From Vulcanimicrobiota bacterium (lineage in GTDB: Bacteria; Vulcanimicrobiota; Vulcanimicrobiia; Eremiobacterales; Eremiobacteraceae): 64,000 nucleotides of DNA. Location of the stretch: positions 1 through 64,000 of the forward strand of contig CAWDVP010000005.1 in assembly GCA_963805945.1 (NCBI GenBank). Reading direction: 5' to 3'. Numbering within the stretch: position 1 is the stretch's first letter; every line of letters begins with the position of its first letter. Below, piece by piece: positions 52,133 to 62,170 of the stretch. The notes beneath the pieces are model-generated. The model made no database searches. It was given only the letters and a program-made list of their open reading frames with translations, and had not been told where the DNA came from. The translations under genes were made by a program, and so were the position numbers.

Positions 52133-53125
52133 TCATGTCTCCTCGTGCACTCGCGCCAAAGCGAGCAGCTCCGACTCGCGCGCCCGGGAGATCCCGGCCC
52201 GCAATTCGCGCTCGAGCCCGCAGCGCTTTGTCCATTCGAGCGTCGCCTGCACCGTCTCGTCGAGCGGCCTATACGTGAGACCGGCAGCGACCGCCTTCGC
52301 CGAACTCGCGCGGACGACGGTGTCCTCGCCTTCGGGTATCCATAACGGCATCTCCGACCACGGCACCACGCCGTTGGCGAGCAGGAACGCCTCGCTCACC
52401 CACACCGCCGTGCCGCTGCCGCTCGCCCGCATGCACGCATCCATGACATCGCCCATCGTCGTCACGCCATACGTCCCGCTCGCGTTGAACGCGCCGGAGC
52501 GCCGCGCCTCGACGGCGACGACGATCCATCGCGCAAGATCGCGCACGTCGATGAACGAGACGAAGGCACCGGCCTTGCCCGGCGCAAGCACGTCTCCCCC
52601 GAGCGCGAAGCGATTGACCCAATAGGTGAAACGATCGGTTGGATCGAGCGGCCCGACGATCAACCCCGGCCGCACGATGAGCGCGCGATCGGCAAACCCG
52701 CGCGTGACCTCGCTTTCGCACAGCGCTTTGAGCCCGCCGTAGACCTCCGGCGTCACCGCTTCTACCGCCGGGTCCGCGAGCACCGCGAGCGGTTCGGCTT
52801 CGTCAAACGCGCCGCCCATAGGGTCCGCGTACGCGCTGATACTCGACACGAACGCGTAATGGTCGACCACACCGCGCAGCGCCTCGACCGACAAGCGCAC
52901 CACCCGCGGCAGATACCCGCTCGTGTCGATGACCGCATCCCAACGCCCGTACGAGAGCTTCGAGAGCTCGCCATCACGATCGCCGTGGACGACCTCGACG
53001 CCATACGGCGCGGTCCATGGCGCCCGCCCTCGATTGAAGACGGTGACGCGATGGCTGCGCGCCAGCGCGGCGTCGATGAGATGCGGCCCGAGGAACTTCG
53101 AACCGCCGAGGATCAAGATGCGCAT
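52133..53125 (-). CDS. NAD-dependent epimerase/dehydratase (atypical SDR)
   Basis: LILGGSKFLG, DTSGY, YGGLK, RPGLIVGP.DPTDRFTYW. Confidence 0.9.
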   Translation of the reverse strand: MRILILGGSKFLGPHLIDAALARSHRVTVFNRGRAPWTAPYGVEVVHGDRDGELSKLSYGRWDAVIDTSGYLPRVVRLSVEALRGVVDHYAFVSSISAYADPMGGAFDEAEPLAVLADPAVEAVTPEVYGGLKALCESEVTRGFADRALIVRPGLIVGPLDPTDRFTYWVNRFALGGDVLAPGKAGAFVSFIDVRDLARWIVVAVEARRSGAFNASGTYGVTTMGDVMDACMRASGSGTAVWVSEAFLLANGVVPWSEMPLWIPEGEDTVVRASSAKAVAAGLTYRPLDETVQATLEWTKRCGLERELRAGISRARESELLALARVHEET

Positions 53126-53138
53126 GCCCTTTACGCCG

Positions 53139-53990
53139 TCAATCGAACGCCGCGAAGCCGCGCACGTAATCCATCATGAGGATGCGAAACGCCCACGCGT
53201 TGGAGCCGAGCCGTCCGGGCGCCGACAGACCCGCGAACACGTCGTCGTTCGGCCGGGTGGTGAACGTCACGCTTCCGAGCGCGGGCCGGCCCACATACAC
53301 CTCGGGGACGTCGATCGCATCGACGCCGAACGACACGTTGCGCACGCTCCACGCCGGGTGCGCGGAACGCCACAGCGCCATCTGCGCACCGGTGACATGA
53401 CTCGTCGCCACCACGTTGCCGCTGTGGCCGACTGCCGCTGCGGCCGTGTCGAGCGGCATGCGCAGCAGATCGTTCTCGACGATCACCGGCAGCATGGGAT
53501 ACGGCCCCAGCTTGGTGCTCATCGGCGCCGGATTCACCGCATCTGAGGTGATGGCGCGCCCATCGACATGCCAGGTGACGTGCTCGAAGCGATAGTCGAT
53601 CGTCCACACCCGCCCGCCGAACCACGAGGCGCCCAGCGAGAGATCGACGTGCGCCATCAGCGGGTCATTAGGTGCGGTCACGACCACCGCGAGCGTGCCG
53701 TCTCCCCCGAGCGGCGGCAGCTCTTCGCGCAGCTGTGGCAGTATCGCACGGCCGTCGGTGACGGTGAGGCGCGCGCGGTCCGCGAACGCCTTGGTGATGA
53801 AGCCCGGTCCGGCCGTCGCGAGCTGCGCTGAGACCCTGGTTCCGTCGAGCATCGTCAGATCGAGAAACGGCCGGCCGCCGTGGAAACTCGCAGGCAGCTC
53901 GACGTCGGGCGGCGGCGGAGTCGCCGCTCGCGAGAGCGCCGGCGCAAGCGCGCTGCCGGCGAGCGCGGCGATGAATAGGCCTCTACGCAT
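53139..53990 (-). CDS. Hypothetical exported protein, degenerate retropepsin-like fold possible
   Basis: MRRGLFIAAL signal; LDTAA motif; G.LG near the C-terminus. Confidence 0.55.
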   Translation of the reverse strand: MRRGLFIAALAGSALAPALSRAATPPPPDVELPASFHGGRPFLDLTMLDGTRVSAQLATAGPGFITKAFADRARLTVTDGRAILPQLREELPPLGGDGTLAVVVTAPNDPLMAHVDLSLGASWFGGRVWTIDYRFEHVTWHVDGRAITSDAVNPAPMSTKLGPYPMLPVIVENDLLRMPLDTAAAAVGHSGNVVATSHVTGAQMALWRSAHPAWSVRNVSFGVDAIDVPEVYVGRPALGSVTFTTRPNDDVFAGLSAPGRLGSNAWAFRILMMDYVRGFAAFD

Positions 53991-53995
53991 TTCTG

Positions 53996-54709
53996 TTACG
54001 CTACCTTCACCCGGAAGATCCGCCCGACGAGATACGTGATGCCCGCCGCAAGCGCCACGATCGCCACTTGCCGGATCGCCGAGAACCACACCCCGCGCCC
54101 GGTCTGCTTGCCGAGATATGCGCCGATGGCAAAGGCGCCTATCGCCGCCAGCACGATGGATGCGATGGATGCTTGATCGCCCGTCCAAATGTACCACGGC
54201 ACCAGCGGCACCATGGCGCCCACCGCGAACATCACCAAAGACGAGAACGCCGCCGCGACGGGCGAGCCGAGCCCTTCTTTGGTGAAGCCGTGCACCTCTT
54301 GGACGTACTCCTCGACGCAGCGCGCCGGGTCGCTCGCGACTTTCTCCGCTGTTCCGCGGGCCGCGGCAGCATCGAAACCCTCGCGCTCGTACACCGCGAC
54401 GAGCCGCGCGATGACGCTTTGCGGGTCCCGGTCCATCTCGGCACGCGCATCGGCGAGCACCTTTTCGAGCAGCTCGCGCTGCGCTTGCATCGAGATGTAC
54501 TCGCCGACCGCCATCGAGCACGCGCCCGCCACGAGACTCGCGAGACCGGCGAGCCGCACGAAGCTCGCGTCGGCGTTCGCGCCCGCGACGCCCAGGATCA
54601 TCGAGACATTGGTCACCAGCCCATCGCTCACGCCGAGCACCGCGGCGCGCGCGGTGCCGCTCTGCGCCTCGCCGACGCGTTTCTTCGTGCCTTGGTCGTC
54701 TGTCGTCAT
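53996..54709 (-). CDS. VIT1/CCC1 family Fe/Mn transporter
   Basis: RAAVLGVSDGLV, AGACSMAVGEYISM..Q.E, GAMVPLVP. Confidence 0.92.
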   Translation of the reverse strand: MTTDDQGTKKRVGEAQSGTARAAVLGVSDGLVTNVSMILGVAGANADASFVRLAGLASLVAGACSMAVGEYISMQAQRELLEKVLADARAEMDRDPQSVIARLVAVYEREGFDAAAARGTAEKVASDPARCVEEYVQEVHGFTKEGLGSPVAAAFSSLVMFAVGAMVPLVPWYIWTGDQASIASIVLAAIGAFAIGAYLGKQTGRGVWFSAIRQVAIVALAAGITYLVGRIFRVKVA

Positions 54710-54826
54710 GTGGTCAGCCCGCGTTCGGCCTGACGAGGTGACGCGTCCTGCCGCCGCTTCGAACGGGCGACACGGGAAAGGAGAGCGTCTTGACAAAATG
54801 AGGGCGCGGAGAGAGGACGGACCTGT

Positions 54827-55891
54827 GTGAGGATTGTTCTGATCTTCGGCCTCGTCATGGCGTCGCTCACGCTCACAACCGATCGCGTCGACGCGAAGAT
54901 CAAGAGCGCGACGGTCTTCGGATTCCCATTGAACTATTCGGGTCAATGCCCGGTGACCATAACGTTCGCCGCCACGATCACCGGTGATCCGGGCGATGTC
55001 CTCGGGTACCAGTTCGTCGGCGACGGTGCTCCAGCGACGAAAGCGTTGTATGGATTTCTCGAAACATCGGGCGTCCTTACGGTCACGAGCGAGCTGCACG
55101 TCGATGCCGGGCATGCGGGCTCGTTCTTCCGGCAGATAAAGGTCACGCGCTACGTGCAGACCGTCGGAGGCACTCAGGCAGCACAAGAGACGTTTGATTC
55201 GGACAAAGAGCCGTATAGCGTCACCTGCATCGCCGCATCGGGAGCGTCTCCGGGCGTCGGCAGCAGTCCGAGTCCTATACCCACCGCACCGGTCTACTCG
55301 GGAGCGTCTCCAGGTGTCGGCAGCACACCCGGCCCGACACCCACCGCACTAGTCTACTTCACCCTCGATGGCGTGACAGTCGGCTATGCTCCTGCGCCGA
55401 CCCTTGCGAGACTAGGCCTGCATCCCCCTGGCTGGGCCCGCGGCGCGCCGACGGGCTCGTTGCCCGCTGGCGAGGTCCGTCAATTTGAAGTCGACAGCGA
55501 TAACGCGACGATGATGTTGTTCTTCGATACGGTCATCGAGGTCGTCATGGTCCAGGCGGTCGCCAACAAAACTTCATCGATCACCGACCCGTATGGCATA
55601 AAGTTGAACGATCCGCTCGACCGTTTGATCGGTGTTCGCGGTAAGGCTGACAAAGTCGAAGACAAGAGCATTCAGCGCGGTCCAGGGAACAGCGATACGA
55701 TAGATCATCTGACCGTCTGGCGCGGACTCACCGGTCCCGTCGAGTCGGATTCCACCTACATCTACGGTCCAGACGATGGCGTTCGCTGGGAATATGCCAT
55801 CAAAGGCGATCAGGTGAATTCGATACGCATCGTCGATTGCCGGTTTCGAGGTATGTGTGCCAGTTCCAAGAGTGCGACGACTAGTCCGTAG
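54827..55891 (+). CDS. Hypothetical secreted two-domain protein
   Basis: Signal peptide; N-domain like 40457-40867; C-domain like 31217-32024; duplicated 20-aa linker. Confidence 0.7.
   Translation: MRIVLIFGLVMASLTLTTDRVDAKIKSATVFGFPLNYSGQCPVTITFAATITGDPGDVLGYQFVGDGAPATKALYGFLETSGVLTVTSELHVDAGHAGSFFRQIKVTRYVQTVGGTQAAQETFDSDKEPYSVTCIAASGASPGVGSSPSPIPTAPVYSGASPGVGSTPGPTPTALVYFTLDGVTVGYAPAPTLARLGLHPPGWARGAPTGSLPAGEVRQFEVDSDNATMMLFFDTVIEVVMVQAVANKTSSITDPYGIKLNDPLDRLIGVRGKADKVEDKSIQRGPGNSDTIDHLTVWRGLTGPVESDSTYIYGPDDGVRWEYAIKGDQVNSIRIVDCRFRGMCASSKSATTSP
55238..55357 (+). repeat. 60-bp tandem duplication (coding linker)
   Basis: SGASPGVGSSPSPIPTAPVY / SGASPGVGSTPGPTPTALVY. Confidence 0.85.
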
Positions 55892-55905
55892 TTAGTGTTG
55901 AGCGC

Positions 55906-56889
55906 GTGAAGTACTTCGTCACCGGCGCGACCGGGTTCATCGGCGGTTCGGTCGCCCGCCAGCTCGTGAAGGCCGGCCATTCGGTTGTCGCCATCGCGCG
56001 CACGCCGTCAAAGGCGCAGGATCTGGTCAAGCTCGGGGTGGTCGTGCATGAAGGCGACGTCACCGACAAGGGGAGCTTGCGGACACCGATGACCGGTGTC
56101 GACGGCGTCTTTCACATCGCCGGCTGGTATAAGATCGGCGTCCGCGACAAGACGCCGGGCCAGACGATCAACGTCGACGGCACTCGCAACGTCCTCGAGA
56201 TGATGAAAGAGCTTGCCATCCCCAAAGGCGTGTACACGAGCACGCTCGCCGTGAATTCCGACACGCACGGCGTCGAAGTCGACGAGAGCTATCAGCACGG
56301 CGCACCCTTCCTCACCGAGTACGACCGCACCAAGTGGGTCGCGCACCACGAGGTGGCCGAACCGATGATGCGCGACGGACTGCCGCTGGTGATCGCCATG
56401 CCGGGCGTCGTCTACGGCCCCGGCGACACGAGCTCCATAGGCGACGTGTTGAAGCAGTATCTGCGACGACAGCTCCCTCTGACGCCGCGCGGCACCGCCT
56501 TCAGTTGGGGCTTTGTGGACGACATCGCCGGCGCGCACATCCTCGCGATGGATAAGGGCCGCACCGGTGAGTCCTACATCATCGCCGGCCCGACCCACAC
56601 GCTCATCGACGCGCTCGCCATCGCCGAGAAGATCACCGGCATCAAGGCGCCGACGCTGCACCTTGGCCCCGGCACCATGCGGCTCATGGCGAGCATGATG
56701 GGGGCGATCGGCGCGGTCGTGCCGCTGCCCGATTCGTACACCGCTGAGTCCTTGCGAGCGGGCGCTGGGGTCACCTACATCGGCGACAACTCCAAAGCCA
56801 AGCGGGAACTGGGGTATGCGCCGCGCTCGCTTGAGACCGGCCTTCGCGAAACCCTCCAACACGAGATGCGCGCGCTTGGCATCGCTTGA
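55906..56889 (+). CDS. NAD-dependent epimerase/dehydratase (extended SDR)
   Basis: VTGATGFIG, HIAG, NVDGT, YDRTK, YGPGD. Confidence 0.92.
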   Translation: MKYFVTGATGFIGGSVARQLVKAGHSVVAIARTPSKAQDLVKLGVVVHEGDVTDKGSLRTPMTGVDGVFHIAGWYKIGVRDKTPGQTINVDGTRNVLEMMKELAIPKGVYTSTLAVNSDTHGVEVDESYQHGAPFLTEYDRTKWVAHHEVAEPMMRDGLPLVIAMPGVVYGPGDTSSIGDVLKQYLRRQLPLTPRGTAFSWGFVDDIAGAHILAMDKGRTGESYIIAGPTHTLIDALAIAEKITGIKAPTLHLGPGTMRLMASMMGAIGAVVPLPDSYTAESLRAGAGVTYIGDNSKAKRELGYAPRSLETGLRETLQHEMRALGIA

Positions 56890-57589
56890 GCTCATCCGCA
56901 CCCGTATCGTCGCCTGCCGACGCTGCCCAGAACTGCGGCGCTACTGCGCTGAGATCGCGCGCGTCCGCAAGCGCGAATTTGCCCACGAGACCTATTGGGG
57001 CAAACCGGTCCCGAGCATCGGGCGTTCGGACGCGCAGCTGCTCATCGTCGGCCTCGCGCCCGCGGCGCATGGCGGCAACCGCACCGGCCGCATGTTCACC
57101 GGCGACGGGTCGGCTGCGTGGCTCGCGCCCGCGTTGCACGCCACCGGCTTCGCGACCCAAGCGACCTCGACGCATCGCGGCGACGGCTTCGAACTGCTCG
57201 ACGCGTTCATGACCGCGGCGATCCGCTGCGCGCCTCCCAAGAACGAGCCGACGCCGCGCCAGATCGCCAACTGCGCGGGCCACATGCGCGCGGAACTCGA
57301 TCTGCTGACGCGCCTGCGCGTCGTCGTGGGTCTCGGCAAGATCGGCTTCGACATCGCCTACGACCGCTTGCGCGAGCGCGGCTTTATCACGCCGGACGGG
57401 CGTCGGCCGCGCTTCGCGCATCTCGCCGAATACCGGCTCACGCATCCCGACGGGCGCGCGCTCACCTTGCTGGGCAGCTACCACCCCAGCCGCCAGAACA
57501 CGAACACCGGCAAACTCACGATGGCGATGCTCAAGAAGATCTTCGTCCGGGTGAGGACGTTGCTGCGAACCGATGCGCGACGCGCTTAG
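56876..57589 (+). CDS. Uracil-DNA glycosylase family 5 (UdgB-like)
   Basis: CRRCPEL, YWGKPVP, GLAPAAHGGNRTGRMFTGD, RCAPP.N.P, YHPSRQN. Confidence 0.92.
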   Translation: MASLELIRTRIVACRRCPELRRYCAEIARVRKREFAHETYWGKPVPSIGRSDAQLLIVGLAPAAHGGNRTGRMFTGDGSAAWLAPALHATGFATQATSTHRGDGFELLDAFMTAAIRCAPPKNEPTPRQIANCAGHMRAELDLLTRLRVVVGLGKIGFDIAYDRLRERGFITPDGRRPRFAHLAEYRLTHPDGRALTLLGSYHPSRQNTNTGKLTMAMLKKIFVRVRTLLRTDARRA

Positions 57590-58059
57590 AGCGACCCGCC
57601 CACCCAGAGATTCGAGGGCATGCTCGGGTTCGGCTGAGCCGCCGGGTCACCCGAATGGTATGGATTGTAGAGCTTACCGGCTGTGTCTTTGAAGATGATC
57701 ACACACGCGTAGTTCTGGGCTTGCGTCGCGAGCCTGCCGGATTCGAGGTACACCGGCACCGATTCTGTGCCGGAAAACGCGCCGCCGCTGAGCCCTTGAT
57801 CGACAGCCTCGCCTTGACCGACGAGGTCATCTCCGCCGTTCTTACCGGTCACGTCGCAAACGGCGCCGACGGCGACGAATTGCGACGTCATGTGATTGAC
57901 GCTGATCGGCACGTTGAGGGTCCACTGCGGCGGGCCTAGATGTATCGATGTCATCGGCGGGATTTGCAGCGCCCCACCGGCAGCGAACGCTATGGTGGGG
58001 ATCAGGGCCAAACATGCGAGAATCGCGGGTGCGAGCCGGACGGTCGGCAACGGTGTCAT
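57586..58059 (-). CDS. Hypothetical secreted protein
   Basis: Signal peptide ending AFA; two Cys; AGGAG RBS. Confidence 0.7.
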   Translation of the reverse strand: MTPLPTVRLAPAILACLALIPTIAFAAGGALQIPPMTSIHLGPPQWTLNVPISVNHMTSQFVAVGAVCDVTGKNGGDDLVGQGEAVDQGLSGGAFSGTESVPVYLESGRLATQAQNYACVIIFKDTAGKLYNPYHSGDPAAQPNPSMPSNLWVGGSL

Positions 58060-58073
58060 ATGGTTCTCCTGGG

Positions 58074-58337
58074 CTAATGCGAGGCCAAGCCTGACATGTA
58101 GAGCTTGGCGGTATTGATGGTCTTCGGATCCATCGCTAAGCCTGCCATGAAAAGCTTGCTCGTCGTGATCGTCTTGGGATCCATAGCCAAGCCCGACATG
58201 TAGAGCTTCTGGGTGGTGATGGTCGTCGGCCGCGAGACGCCTGACGGCATGCTCGCGCCAAGCAACACGCAGGCCGCCAGCGCGACCAATGGTGCCGCAA
58301 ATCGTCGCGATCTCTCAGTCACGGAAGTCCTCCTCAC
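58074..58337 (-). CDS. Small secreted protein composed of three 17-aa repeats
   Basis: Hydrophobic signal then TITTQKLYMSGLAMDPK / TITTSKLFMAGLAMDPK / TINTAKLYMSGLA; codons vary synonymously. Confidence 0.7.
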   Translation of the reverse strand: MRRTSVTERSRRFAAPLVALAACVLLGASMPSGVSRPTTITTQKLYMSGLAMDPKTITTSKLFMAGLAMDPKTINTAKLYMSGLASH

Positions 58338-58496
58338 GTGACATCGGGCAGAAGCACGCTTGCCTTACGAACGCAGGCCAGCGAGACAAAGTTCCATAAC
58401 GCGCGACGTGTCCCCCGTGGCGAAAGCACCACGCGGCTAGCCTGACCTTCGCAATTCGATGTCCGGGACTTCACAAATGCGCCGTATAATGGGCCT

Positions 58497-60384
58497 GTGA
58501 CGTCTGCCATGGCGCTGCCGCGCGCCCTGAACTACCTCCGCCGGTCGCCCGAGATCACCATCGCCGGCGTCGCGTTGGCCGGCATCCTCATCAGCCTCGT
58601 CATGCAGTACGCGCTGCGTTTGCCGCAGTCGTCATACGTCATTCCGCTGCTCGTCGTGCTCGTCGTGGGCGGCGTGCCGCTGCTGCTGCAGCTCGGTCGC
58701 AAGCTTCTCGCGCGCGACTTCGGCTCCGATCTGCTCGCCGGCATCTCCATCGCCACGGCCGCGCTGCTCGGCGAGTTCATCGTCGCCTGCATCGTCATCC
58801 TCATGCTTTCGGGCGGCGAGGCGCTCGAACAGTACGCCACGCGCCGCGCATCGTCGATCCTCGAGGCGCTCTCCCGCCGCATGCCTAACGTCGCGCACCG
58901 CAAAGAAGCGACGGGCATCGTCGACATCCAGCTCAGCGCGATCGCGGTCGGCGAGTCGCTCATCGTCTTCCCGCACGAGCTGTGCCCGGTCGACGGCGTG
59001 GTGACCGAGGGCCACGGCTGGATGGACGAATCCTATCTCACCGGCGAGCCGTATCGGATCTCGAAGGCGCCCGGCTCGCAAGTGCTCTCGGGCGCGATCA
59101 ATGGCGATGCCGCGGTGACCATCGAAGCATCCGAAACTGCCGATCGATTCGCGTTACGCCCGCATCATGCGCGTCATGCGCGAGGCCGAGGCGAAGCGGC
59201 CGCGCTTGCGCCGGCTCGGCGATCAGCTCGGTGCGTGGTACACGCCGATCGCGCTCGCGGTGGCGGCGGCTCGGCTGGGTCATCACCGGGAGCGCGCACC
59301 GTTTCTTGGCGGTCGTGGTGATCGCGACGCCGTGTCCCTTGCTGCTCGCGATCCCGGTCGCCATCATCGGCGCCATCTCGCTCGCGGCGCGCCGCGGCCA
59401 TCATCGTCAAGAATCCCGCTATGCTCGAGACCATCGATTCATGCCGAACGGTCATCTTGGACAAGACCGGCACACTGACGTACGGCCAGCCCTCGTTGAC
59501 CGAGATCGTCTGCGCGCCGGGCTTCGACCGCGAGCAGGTCCTCACGCTCGCGGCGAGCCTCGAACAGTACTCCAAACATCCGCTCGCCGGCGCCGTCGTC
59601 GGCGCGGCGACCGCCGAGCAACTCCAGCTCGCGCAGGTGTCACAACTGAGACGAAGGCCCCGGCAAAGGGCTGCGCGGCCTCGTCGACGGCAAGACCGTC
59701 GAGGTCGTCGGCCGCGAGGCGTCGTTGCGCGCCGGGCGCATCACGGAAGCGGCGCTGCCGGAGACGGCGGCGGGCCTCGAGTCGCTCGTCTTCATCGACG
59801 GCGTGTACGCCGCCGCCTTGCGTTTCCGCGACGAGCCGCGCGCCGAAAGCCACACCTTCGTCAGCCACTTGAGCCCGCGCCACGGCATCACCAACGTGAT
59901 GATCGTGTCCGGCGATCGCGAATCCGAGGTCCGCTACCTTGCGAGCCGCGCCGGCATCGCCGACGTGCACGACAGCAAGACGCCGGAAGAGAAGGTCGAG
60001 ATCGTCGTCGAGCAGACGAAGCTCGCACCGACGCTGTTCATCGGCGACGGCATCAACGATGCGCCCGCGATGCGCGCCGCGAGCGTCGGCGTCGCGTTCG
60101 GCCAGGGCTCCGACATCACGGCAGAGGCCGCCGACGCCGTCATCCTCGAGCCCTCGCTTAAGAAAGTGGATGAGCTCATCCACATCGGCCGGCGCATGCG
60201 CTCCATCGCGCTGCAGAGCGCGGTGGGCGGCATGGCGCTCAGCGGGATCGGCATGGGTTTCGCCGTCGTAGGCCTTCTGCCGCCGCTCGCCGGCGCGATC
60301 GCACAAGAGGTGATCGACGTCGCCGCCGTGTTGAACGCACTGCGCGTCGCCTTCCCGCTCGGCACGCTCACCGATTTCGACTAA
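58497..60384 (+). pseudogene. Heavy-metal P1B-type ATPase (P1B-5-like), about 4 frameshifts
   Basis: [33 protein letters not shown] and QEVID motifs spread over several frames; breaks near 59134, 59268, 59398 and 59655; may be intact in vivo. Confidence 0.85.
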
Positions 60385-61349
60385 GGTCCGCCCTCGCGCG
60401 CGTACGCCTCGAGCGCGCGCGCGATCATCTCGATGCGGCGCCCCATCGCGGCCTTCGTCCAGCCGCTGGCGTGCGGCGTCATGATGACGTTGTCGAGTTC
60501 GCCGAACGGCGACGACGACGGCATCGCACGTTCACCCACAGCCGTGGGGTACTGGTACCAGACGTCGAGCACAGCGCCCTCGATGCGCCGCTCGCGCAGC
60601 GCTTCGTAGAGATCCCGCTCGACGACGATCGGCCCGCGCGCGATGTTGATGAGCACCGCGGTGGGCTTCATCAGACGTAAACGCCGCGCATCGATCAAAT
60701 TTTGGGTGACGTCGGAGAGCTCGCAGCACACCACGACCGCATCCGACCATGCGAGGAGCGCGTCCACCGCCGCGGGATCTTTCAGCGCGCCGACCTCGCA
60801 CGGCGCACCGGGGATCGGCACCGCGCGCTCCGGATGGAGCGTGACCGCCCGGCAGGTCATGCCGAACGCGGTCGCTCGCTTCACCGTCTCCTTGCCGATG
60901 CGCCCGTAGCCGATGAGCCCGAGCGTCGAACCGTACACCTCGTCGACGAAATCCTTGCCCCAGAACGTGCGCGTCCACTCGCCCGCGCGCAGCGCGCGAT
61001 CCGCCTCGAGCAGATGGCGCCGCATCGCCACGAGCATGGCGATCACGTACTCGGAAATGGGCTGCTCGGTGCCGGCGCCGTTGATGATCGCGACGCCCGG
61101 CGGCAGCGCGGCGCGATCGATGCGCTCCGTCCCCGCGAAAGGACACACGACGAGCTTGAGCGCGAGGCACAGCGGCGTCAGCTCCTTGGTGAAGCGGTCG
61201 GTGAGCACGATCTCGGCGTCGCGCAGCTGTGCGGCAAGGCGTTGCGTGTCAGACGGCTCGACGTCGACGATCTCGAAAGCGGCGCCGAGCCGCGGCGCCA
61301 GCCGCTGCTCCCACCTGGGCAGCAGCGAGACGATCTTGCGTTTCTTCAT
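60381..61349 (-). CDS. D-2-hydroxyacid dehydrogenase family protein
   Basis: GLIGYGRIG, LINIARG, LDVW, TPHASG; ATGA overlap start. Confidence 0.9.
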   Translation of the reverse strand: MKKRKIVSLLPRWEQRLAPRLGAAFEIVDVEPSDTQRLAAQLRDAEIVLTDRFTKELTPLCLALKLVVCPFAGTERIDRAALPPGVAIINGAGTEQPISEYVIAMLVAMRRHLLEADRALRAGEWTRTFWGKDFVDEVYGSTLGLIGYGRIGKETVKRATAFGMTCRAVTLHPERAVPIPGAPCEVGALKDPAAVDALLAWSDAVVVCCELSDVTQNLIDARRLRLMKPTAVLINIARGPIVVERDLYEALRERRIEGAVLDVWYQYPTAVGERAMPSSSPFGELDNVIMTPHASGWTKAAMGRRIEMIARALEAYAREGGP

Positions 61350-62170
61350 CGCCGGCGCATCACCACGACCATCTGCCACGCGGCCTCGCTCATGTTCAGC
61401 GGCGTCGCCGGCGTGAGATCCCCATGCCAGCCCACGATGTCGAAACAGCCGCTCACGGCAGCCGCGTGCCGGAGGCCGCTCGGCATCCATATCCTATAGT
61501 CCAGCGCGTCGACCAGCCGCACCGGGCGCCTGCCGTCCGTGTACTTCGCGTCGATCGTCACCCGCGCGACGAAGGTCTCCTTGATCGGATCGACATCGGT
61601 ATGGGCGAAGCGCGTCGCGATCGTCACGTCGGGATAGCGCTGCGTCCAACGCCCTAAACTGCGCGAGCGGATGCCGGCGAAGAAATCCCCCGGGTGGGTC
61701 AGCTCGGCGATGAACACGCCGCCGCGGCGCACGGCCGCGCCGGTCGCGCGGAGCGTCTCCACGGCATCGGCGTCCGTGGTGTTATGGCAAAACGAATCGA
61801 ACAGGCAGTAGGCCATGTCCACGCGCTGCGGCAGCTCGAAGGTCCGCATATCGGCCCGCAGCAATCGCACGTCGACGCCGTCGCGTTTGCACAAGGCGCG
61901 CGCATACGCGAGCATCTCGCGGTTGGAGTCCACCCCGTATGTCTTCAGGCCCCGCCGTGCCAGCTCGCGCAGGTGATTGGACTGCCCACAGCACAGCTCG
62001 ACCGCCGACGCCGGCGTGCGCGCGCCGTAGCGCCGCGCGAGGGCGAGCAGTCCGTCGCATTGCTCTTTGACGTCGCGGAAGCCGAATGCCAGATCGTACA
62101 GACGCGGGTGCTCGAAGAGCAGTTCGCCGGTGCCGGAGCCGCGCGCTGCGCTCTTCTTACGGCCGGACAA
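61346..62170 (-). CDS. Class I SAM-dependent methyltransferase
   Basis: YDLAF, VELCCG, GVD.N.EML, ADMRTF, GG.FI.E. Confidence 0.85.
   Translation of the reverse strand: MSGRKKSAARGSGTGELLFEHPRLYDLAFGFRDVKEQCDGLLALARRYGARTPASAVELCCGQSNHLRELARRGLKTYGVDSNREMLAYARALCKRDGVDVRLLRADMRTFELPQRVDMAYCLFDSFCHNTTDADAVETLRATGAAVRRGGVFIAELTHPGDFFAGIRSRSLGRWTQRYPDVTIATRFAHTDVDPIKETFVARVTIDAKYTDGRRPVRLVDALDYRIWMPSGLRHAAAVSGCFDIVGWHGDLTPATPLNMSEAAWQMVVVMRRR

Noticed and set aside
54790..54795. TTGACA as a promoter for 54827-55891
   Set aside because: No acceptable -10 box at 16-18 nt spacing
58083..58223. 51-bp periodic repeat as a mini CRISPR array
   Set aside because: In-frame coding repeat with third-position variation and no spacers
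58340..58480. Structured RNA (CCGTGG-CGAAAG-CACCACG hairpin) in the divergent intergenic region
   Set aside because: Single hairpin without a recognisable riboswitch consensus; would need an Rfam/Infernal search
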